A stretch of DNA of 64,000 nucleotides from Armatimonadota bacterium. GTDB taxonomy: Bacteria > Armatimonadota > UBA5829 > DTLH01. Location: assembly GCA_039679675.1 (NCBI GenBank), contig JBDKUN010000059.1:51105-115104 (forward strand), read 5' to 3'. The notes under the pieces were generated by a model. It worked only from the letters and a program-made list of their open reading frames with translations. It was not told where the DNA came from and did not search any database. Made by a program: the position numbers and the translations under genes. This document shows, piece by piece, positions 57,964-64,000 of the stretch (positions are counted from its first letter, which is position 1; every line of letters starts with the position of its first letter).

Positions 57964-58728
57964 ATGCAGATGCTCTCGACCGGTTTGGTTTCCGTAACTT
58001 TCAGACAGCTTTCCCCGTTTGAAATAGTAAACCTGGTAAAGCAGGCGGGACTAGACTCAATCGAATGGGGCGGTGACATACACATTCCTCACGGCGATAT
58101 AGCGAGAGCTCGTGAAGTCGGCAAAATTACTGCCGATGCCGGACTCAAGGTAGCATGTTACGGTTCTTACTATCGCTTGGGGCAGGACGAGAACACTCCA
58201 TTCGACGAAATACTAGAAACAGCGCTTGCATGCGGCGCGCCGCTCATAAGAGTCTGGGCAGGAAGCAAAAAGTCCATAGATGCAGATGAATCCTGCAGAG
58301 AGTCCGTCATAGCAGACGCTCGCAGGATCTGTGACGCTGCTCAATCGGCAGGAATATCGATTACAGTCGAGCACCACTGTGATACGCTCGCTGACACTGT
58401 AGCTTCATCGCTGCGGTTGATGAAGGAAGTGGATCATTCGGCCATCAGGATCAATTGGCAACCGCAGATCGGCGTCTCGACGGATGATTGCGTTGCCGGC
58501 CTTAAAAGCATGCTCTCCTGGCTGAGTAATGTCCACGTGTTCCAATGGATAAAGTCCTATTCCGACAGGTACCCGCTTGCGGATGGCGAAGAAGCTTGGA
58601 AGCGATGCATAGCTGCTGTGGTATCGAGCGGACGCGGCCACTGTTTTCTTATCGAATTTGTTGCTGGTGACACCCCTGAAGCATTTCTGCGCGATGCTGC
58701 GGATCTTCGGCGGTGGGTGACAAAATAA
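57964..58728 (+). CDS. sugar phosphate isomerase/epimerase (TIM barrel)
   Basis: The ATG at 57964 lies just after the upstream stop. Motifs LDSIEWGGD, IRVWAG and ITVEHHCDT fit the xylose-isomerase-like family. Confidence 0.65.
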   Translation: MQMLSTGLVSVTFRQLSPFEIVNLVKQAGLDSIEWGGDIHIPHGDIARAREVGKITADAGLKVACYGSYYRLGQDENTPFDEILETALACGAPLIRVWAGSKKSIDADESCRESVIADARRICDAAQSAGISITVEHHCDTLADTVASSLRLMKEVDHSAIRINWQPQIGVSTDDCVAGLKSMLSWLSNVHVFQWIKSYSDRYPLADGEEAWKRCIAAVVSSGRGHCFLIEFVAGDTPEAFLRDAADLRRWVTK

Positions 58729-58732
58729 AATA

Positions 58733-58765
58733 GCCCGGAAGTATATTTCAGCCTCCGGGCTTTTT
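58733..58765. terminator. bidirectional terminator between convergent genes
   Basis: GCCCGGA..TCCGGGC followed by TTTTT on the plus strand and ATTTTATTTT on the minus strand. Confidence 0.6.
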
Positions 58766-58777
58766 ACTTATCTGGTT

Positions 58778-60553
58778 TTATTTGACCAGTTCTTCTACAA
58801 TCTCGTCGGAGGTTTTCTCCGATACAGGATATTTCTTTCGCTTCGTGTATTGCGTGTGCAGAAGTTCATGCGACTTGTGGCCGAGCGGCTTGCCGAGGAA
58901 CTCCTCGTAAAGCGCGATTACGGCCGGGTTCTCATGCGATTTGCGGATCGGAAGATTCGCGTCCTCGTCGTAGATACCCTTCATACGGGCCTTGCGGACC
59001 TCGTCGGTCGTCGGAATCGGTTGTCCGCCTCCTCCAAGACATCCGCCGGGGCAGCACATGATCTCGATGAAGTGGTAATCGGCCTCTCCGGCAGCGATCT
59101 TATCCATCAGCTTCCTTGCATTGGAAAGTCCGCTCGCAACAGCTACTTTCACGTCCAGATCGCCGACCTTTACTGTCGCTTCCTTGACTCCTTCGAGCCC
59201 GCGGACGTCCATGAAGTCCACGTTTTCGAGAGTTTTGCCGGTTACGACTTCGTATACGGTCCTTAGAGCCGCTTCCATAACGCCGCCGGTCGCTCCGAAG
59301 ATGACTGCCGCGCCGGTCGATATGCCAAGCGGGTCGTCGAACTTGCCATCCGGCAGTTTCGCGAAGTCGAGGCCCATCTCGCGGATCATTTTGCCCGCTT
59401 CACGGGTCGTCAAGACCGCGTCGATGTCCGGTATGCCGTTATTGACCGTCATTTCAGCCCTTCCGGCCTCAAATTTCTTGGCCGTGCAGGGCATGATCGA
59501 GACGACATATATGTCTTCCGGTTTGACACCGATCTTATCGGCATAGTAGGTCTTGGCAAGAGCACCGAACATCTGCTGCGGGCTCTTGCAGCTCGATAGA
59601 TGCGGCAGAAGGTCGGGATAGAAGTGCTCGATGAACTTGATCCATCCCGGCGAGCAGGATGTTATCATCGGGAGCGTTCCACCCGTCTGTAGCCGCTGAA
59701 GGAGCTCATTTCCTTCTTCTAAGATCGTAAGGTCCGCAGTGAAGTCGGTGTCGAACACCTTGTCGAACCCCATAGCGCGAAGAGCCGTGACCATTTTGCC
59801 CGTCACTCTCGACCCCGGAGCCATTCCGAACTCTTCACCTATCGCAACACGGACGGCAGGAGCGGTCTGGACTACTACGTGCTTGTTCGGGTCGGCGAGT
59901 GCCTTCCAGACAGCTTCCGTAGAATCTCGCTCATGTAGCGCGTTCACCGGGCAGACACTTACGCACTGCCCACAGAGGACGCACGCAACGTCGTTCAGGT
60001 CTTTTTTGAGCGCCGGGGTTACGACTGTGTCGAATCCGCGTTCCATAGTGAAAAGCGCTCCGACACCCTGCACCTGCTGGCACACGGTCACGCACCTTCG
60101 GCACAGGATACACTTGCTGCTGTCGCGGACAATCGCCGGGGATGATGTGTCCACAAGTGACGGCGGCATCTCTCCCTCGAACCTGGACTGCTGGATTCCG
60201 AGCTGTTTTGCGACCTGCTGCAGCTCGCAGTTAAGGCTTCGTCCGCAGGTTGTGCATTCCTGCCTGTGGGCAGAAAGCATCAGCTCCACTACGGTCCTTC
60301 GTGCAGCCCGGACCCTCGGAGTATTCGTCTTGACGACGATTCCTTCTGCTGCGGGATATACACAGGATGCCTGAAGTCCGCGCGCTTTTTCGATCTCTAC
60401 GAGGCATACCCTACATGCCCCGATTGCATGCACATCCTTAAGGTAGCACAAGGTCGGAATGCCTATTCCTACGGACCTTGCAGCCTCAAGGACGGTCGTG
60501 CCATTCGGCACAGTCACTTGCATACCGTCTATAGTTAAGGTTACGTTCTCCAT
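58778..60553 (-). CDS. hydA: [FeFe]-hydrogenase catalytic subunit (HydA, multimeric group A type)
   Basis: N-terminal 2Fe-2S ferredoxin-like domain, a His-ligated cluster region and 2x[4Fe-4S] (CILCRRCVTVC, CVLCGQCVSVCP). H-domain motifs TSCSPGW, MPCTAKKFE, EIMCCPGGCLGGGGQP. C-terminal small-subunit-like tail. Confidence 0.9.
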   Translation of the reverse strand: MENVTLTIDGMQVTVPNGTTVLEAARSVGIGIPTLCYLKDVHAIGACRVCLVEIEKARGLQASCVYPAAEGIVVKTNTPRVRAARRTVVELMLSAHRQECTTCGRSLNCELQQVAKQLGIQQSRFEGEMPPSLVDTSSPAIVRDSSKCILCRRCVTVCQQVQGVGALFTMERGFDTVVTPALKKDLNDVACVLCGQCVSVCPVNALHERDSTEAVWKALADPNKHVVVQTAPAVRVAIGEEFGMAPGSRVTGKMVTALRAMGFDKVFDTDFTADLTILEEGNELLQRLQTGGTLPMITSCSPGWIKFIEHFYPDLLPHLSSCKSPQQMFGALAKTYYADKIGVKPEDIYVVSIMPCTAKKFEAGRAEMTVNNGIPDIDAVLTTREAGKMIREMGLDFAKLPDGKFDDPLGISTGAAVIFGATGGVMEAALRTVYEVVTGKTLENVDFMDVRGLEGVKEATVKVGDLDVKVAVASGLSNARKLMDKIAAGEADYHFIEIMCCPGGCLGGGGQPIPTTDEVRKARMKGIYDEDANLPIRKSHENPAVIALYEEFLGKPLGHKSHELLHTQYTKRKKYPVSEKTSDEIVEELVK

Positions 60554-60556
60554 TGC

Positions 60557-63500
60557 TTATTTCGCCTCCAAGCTACACGCATCGCAGCGCAGGCATCTGT
60601 TGGCCTCTTTAATAGCCTCATCTCTGGAGAATCCAAGCTCCACCTCCGTGGTTCTCGTTCTCTCCGACACCGCAATCACCGGCATCTTGGCCCTCGGTGT
60701 CTCGACTATGTCGTCGGCATCCTCAGGAGGGGCCGGAATTGTGATGTCCTCGACATCCGACGGAATCTCGCCGGTCCCGCCCAGGTATTTGTCGATTCCC
60801 TGAGCAGCTTTGATACCGGCTCCGATGGCCTCGATTACCGTTGCGGGTCCTGTGACCACATCGCCTCCGGCAAAGATGCCGTTAGCTGAGGTCATTGCGC
60901 TCTGCCTGTCGATCCAGACCTTGCCGCGCTTCGTTTCGACGGTATTGCCGCCGAGGTAGCCCAGTTCCGGCTCCTGGCTGATAGCCGAGATGACGGAATC
61001 CACTGGAATGTCGATAAATGCGCCTTCGATAGCCTTCGGGCTTCGGCGTCCGCTCTTGTCGAACTCCCTAAGCTCCAGAAGCTGGCATCTGAGCGTCTTG
61101 ACCTTGCCGTTCTCGCCGACGGCCTCTATCGGAGCAGCCAGGAACTTGATCTTGACTCCCTCGACTTCAGCTTCGTGGATCTCATGCGGATCGGCAGGCA
61201 TATCTTCCCGCAGTCTTCGATAAACGATGGTGACGTTCTTCGCGCCGAGCCTTACGGCTGTTCTCGCGGCGTCGATGGCAGCGTTTCCGCCGCCGACTAC
61301 GGCCACGTTCTCGCCGACGTCGATCTTTTCGCCCATCTGAACGTCGCGCAGGAACTTGAGCGAATCGAATACGCCCTTCTGTTCCTCACCGGGAATCTCC
61401 AGCGTCCAGCTCTTGTCTGCGCCGGTCCCGATGAAGATTGCATCGAAGTCCTTCTTGATCGTTTCCATCGGAATGTCTTTTCCGACTCTGGTGTTGGTCT
61501 TGATCGTGACTCCGAGGTTCTCGATAGCCTTGATCTCCTGCCTGAGCACGGCCTTCGGCAGCCTGTATTCGGGAATTCCCCAAACGAGCATACCGCCGGC
61601 TTCAGGAAGTGCCTCAAAAACGGTCGGGCTGTGGCCCATTCTTGCCAGGTGATAAGCAGCCGTAAGTCCTGCAGGCCCGCCGCCGATGATGGCGACCTTC
61701 TTGCCGGTCTTTTCAGCTCTCATCTTGACCTGAGGCAGCTTGTGGTCTTTGAACTCCTGGTCCGCAACGTATCTCTTCAGGTTGCGGATAGAGAGCGGCT
61801 CGTCGACCTGGCTTCTCCGGCACTTGTCCTCGCACAGAGCGTTGCATACGCGTCCGCACACCGCTGCAAACGGGTTGTGATCGCGGACGATTCTGAGGGC
61901 ATCGGTGAACCTTCGCTGAGAAATGAGCGCAAGATACTTCGGAACGCTCGTTCCGGCCGGGCATGTGTGGGCACATGGGGCCTCGAAGAGCGAGTTACAC
62001 ACGCACGCAGGGCACTTCTTGTCCCTGATGTGCGCTTCATACTCGTGCCTGAAGTACTTGAGGGTGGAAAGCACCGGGTTCGGAGCTGTCTGACCGAGTC
62101 CGCAGAGCGCAGAGTCCTTGATCCTCTGTCCGAGTTCTTCGAGTAGCTCGATATCGCCTTCCTTGCCCTGTCCGTGAGCAATCCGGTCGAGGATCTCAAG
62201 CATCCTCTTCGTTCCAACGCGGCACGGGGTGCACTTTCCGCACGATTCATCCTGGATGAAGTCGAGGAAGAACCGTGCAAGGTCGACCATACAGGTCCCC
62301 TCGTCCATGATGATAAGTCCGCCTGAACCCATCATTGCGCCGAGTTCGATCAGCGAATCGTAGTCCATCGGGACGTTCAGGTGCTCTTTCGGAATACATC
62401 CGCCGGAAGGCCCACCGGCCTGTGCAGCCTTGAACTTCTTCCCGCCTCGGATGCCGCCGCCGATGTCGTAGATGATCGTTCCGAGGTCTGTTCCCATCGG
62501 GACTTCCACAAGACCGGTGTTGTTGATATTTCCGGCAAGCGCGAAGATTTTTGTTCCCTTGCTCTTCTCGGTCCCGATCTGTGCGTACTCCTCTGCACCC
62601 ATTCTGATGATGAGCGGGATGTTTCCGTAGGTCTCGACGTTGTTCAGAACGGTCGGGCTCATCCAGAGTCCTGAATGAGCAGGGAACGGAGGTCTTGGGC
62701 GAGGTTCCCCTCGTTTACCTTCGATTGAGGCCATCAGGGCGGTCTCTTCACCGCAGACGAACGCTCCGGCGCCCATCCTTATCTCCAGGCTGAACTTGTG
62801 CCCGGTTCCGAGGACGTTATCTCCCAAAATGCCGTATTCTCTGGCCTGTTTGAGCGCATGGCTCAACCGCTCTATGGCAAGCGGATACTCTGCTCTTACA
62901 TATACATAACCGACGGATGCACCTATCGCGTAGCCGCCGATAATCATCCCCTCGATAACTGCATGAGGATCGCCTTCTAGAAGGCTTCTGTCCATAAACG
63001 CGCCGGGGTCGCCCTCGTCAGCGTTGCACAGGATGTATTTTTGTTCGCCTTGTGCGTCGGCTGCGAACTGCCACTTGAGCCCGGTGGGGAATCCACCACC
63101 ACCGCGACCGCGCAGCCCGCTCTTTTTAATTTCTTCGATGACATCCTTCGGAGTCATCTCCGTTAAGACTTTACCAAGTGCCGAATAGCCGTCCTTTGCT
63201 ATGTATTCATCGATATTTGCAGGGTCGATGACGCCGCAGTTGCTCAAGACGAGTTTCTTCTGCCTCTTGAAGAACGGCATCTCATCGATTGTGGTAACAG
63301 CACCTTCGCCGTGACCGTCATGGTGGAGCAGGTCTGTTACAACTCTACCTTTCAAGAGGTGCTCCTCGACGATCCTTACGGCATCTTCCGGTTTTAACTT
63401 CTTATAGAACGTCCCTTCAGGGGAGACGACGATGACAGGTCCGAGATGGCAGGCACCGATACAACCGGTTTGGATCACCTGAATCTCATCCTGCAGATTA

Positions 63501-63607
63501 TGTTTTTCAATCTCTTTTGTGAGGGTCTCTGCAACCGCATGGCAGCCGGATGATACGCAGCCGGCTCCAGCACAGACCAGCACGTGAGATCTATAAAGCT
63601 TTTCCAT
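60557..63607 (-). CDS. hydB: HydB/NuoF-like flavoprotein subunit fused in frame to a GltD/NfnB-like NAD(P)H-FAD oxidoreductase module
   Basis: AGGAGGA RBS before the ATG at 63607. The N-terminal part has a thioredoxin-like 2Fe-2S (VCAGAGCVSSGC..CIGAC), GRGGGGFPTG, ESCGKCTPCR and CPACVC..CAHTCP. The C-terminal part has GRVC..C..C, KKVAIIGGGPAGL, VAVVGGGNAAIDAART and GIFAGGD. It ends with RCLRCDAC. Confidence 0.88.
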   Translation of the reverse strand: MEKLYRSHVLVCAGAGCVSSGCHAVAETLTKEIEKHNLQDEIQVIQTGCIGACHLGPVIVVSPEGTFYKKLKPEDAVRIVEEHLLKGRVVTDLLHHDGHGEGAVTTIDEMPFFKRQKKLVLSNCGVIDPANIDEYIAKDGYSALGKVLTEMTPKDVIEEIKKSGLRGRGGGGFPTGLKWQFAADAQGEQKYILCNADEGDPGAFMDRSLLEGDPHAVIEGMIIGGYAIGASVGYVYVRAEYPLAIERLSHALKQAREYGILGDNVLGTGHKFSLEIRMGAGAFVCGEETALMASIEGKRGEPRPRPPFPAHSGLWMSPTVLNNVETYGNIPLIIRMGAEEYAQIGTEKSKGTKIFALAGNINNTGLVEVPMGTDLGTIIYDIGGGIRGGKKFKAAQAGGPSGGCIPKEHLNVPMDYDSLIELGAMMGSGGLIIMDEGTCMVDLARFFLDFIQDESCGKCTPCRVGTKRMLEILDRIAHGQGKEGDIELLEELGQRIKDSALCGLGQTAPNPVLSTLKYFRHEYEAHIRDKKCPACVCNSLFEAPCAHTCPAGTSVPKYLALISQRRFTDALRIVRDHNPFAAVCGRVCNALCEDKCRRSQVDEPLSIRNLKRYVADQEFKDHKLPQVKMRAEKTGKKVAIIGGGPAGLTAAYHLARMGHSPTVFEALPEAGGMLVWGIPEYRLPKAVLRQEIKAIENLGVTIKTNTRVGKDIPMETIKKDFDAIFIGTGADKSWTLEIPGEEQKGVFDSLKFLRDVQMGEKIDVGENVAVVGGGNAAIDAARTAVRLGAKNVTIVYRRLREDMPADPHEIHEAEVEGVKIKFLAAPIEAVGENGKVKTLRCQLLELREFDKSGRRSPKAIEGAFIDIPVDSVISAISQEPELGYLGGNTVETKRGKVWIDRQSAMTSANGIFAGGDVVTGPATVIEAIGAGIKAAQGIDKYLGGTGEIPSDVEDITIPAPPEDADDIVETPRAKMPVIAVSERTRTTEVELGFSRDEAIKEANRCLRCDACSLEAK

Positions 63608-63645
63608 TTGCTTTTGTCTGATCCTCCTGGGTAAATTAGCCGCTA

Positions 63646-64000
63646 CTAGCTGCCATTCTTCTTGTATTTCGCAATTATGCTGGGAATCTTGTCCAGCTTC
63701 ACCCTGCGGTAGATATCCGCGCCGATGGTGACGACCGGAGCAAGTCCGCAGGCCCCTACACACCTGTTGATCTCAAGCGAGAACTGACGGTCATCCGTAG
63801 TTCCGCCGATTCCAATCTTCAGCTCTTTTTCGAGCTGCTCTAATATCTGCTTACCGCCACGCACATAGCAAGCGGTTCCGAGGCATACCCTTATGGTATG
63901 CTGACCACGCGGAACAGTGTTAAAGAACGAGTAGAACGTTATTACTCCGTAGACTTCGGAGAGAGAAATGCCAAGTCCCTCGGCGACCTTCACCTGCACC
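63646..64000 (-). CDS. hydC: HydC/NuoE-like 2Fe-2S subunit, N-terminus outside window
   Basis: IRVCLGTACYVRG...NRCVGACGLAPVV is the NuoE thioredoxin-like 2Fe-2S motif. The ORF is open to the window edge. Confidence 0.85.
   Translation of the reverse strand, partial: VQVKVAEGLGISLSEVYGVITFYSFFNTVPRGQHTIRVCLGTACYVRGGKQILEQLEKELKIGIGGTTDDRQFSLEINRCVGACGLAPVVTIGADIYRRVKLDKIPSIIAKYKKNGS

Noticed and set aside
61175-62146. 323-aa plus-strand ORF (and other 100-170-aa ORFs in 60990-62680)
   Set aside because: All overlap the HydB-GltD fusion gene on the opposite strand or in another frame. Their translations are Arg/Ser/Leu-rich with no motifs.

Overview
Dense 64-kb chromosomal segment from an unidentified bacterium. 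It has moderate GC by eye and genes on both strands. I saw no rRNA, CRISPR array, transposase, integrase or phage genes. Recognisable core genes: uvrB, a GGDEF/HD-GYP protein, a MoxR-DUF58-transglutaminase operon, hrcA / thermosome-like chaperonin / grpE, and a PAS hybrid histidine kinase. Also tldD-pmbA, an M24 peptidase, aroQ, a Wzm/Wzt-type ABC exporter, a rodA-like gene, an M16 peptidase pair and leuABCD. Further on: a DEAD-box helicase, several carbohydrate-related enzymes, and a minus-strand HydC-HydB-HydA [FeFe]-hydrogenase operon that runs off the 3' edge. There are three tRNA genes: Gln-CTG, Ala-CGC and Leu-TAA. Gln and Ala have near-consensus promoters. Gln and Leu each sit next to a visibly AT-richer single-gene islet. 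The most notable points follow. (1) HydB continues in frame into a complete GltD/NfnB-type NAD(P)H module, and HydA has a non-canonical L1 motif. (2) An archaeal-type chaperonin lies between hrcA and grpE, with no dnaK and no CIRCE element. (3) An orphan PhoH2-type PIN nuclease with an unknown C-terminal half lies beside tRNA-Leu. (4) A solute-binding protein is fused to its ABC permease, with no partner genes. (5) A family of GCTTCGG...CCGAAGC palindromic (REP-like) intergenic elements is present, including one 23-nt exact direct repeat bracketing a small lipoprotein gene. All product calls rest on motif recognition by eye, and no database search was run.
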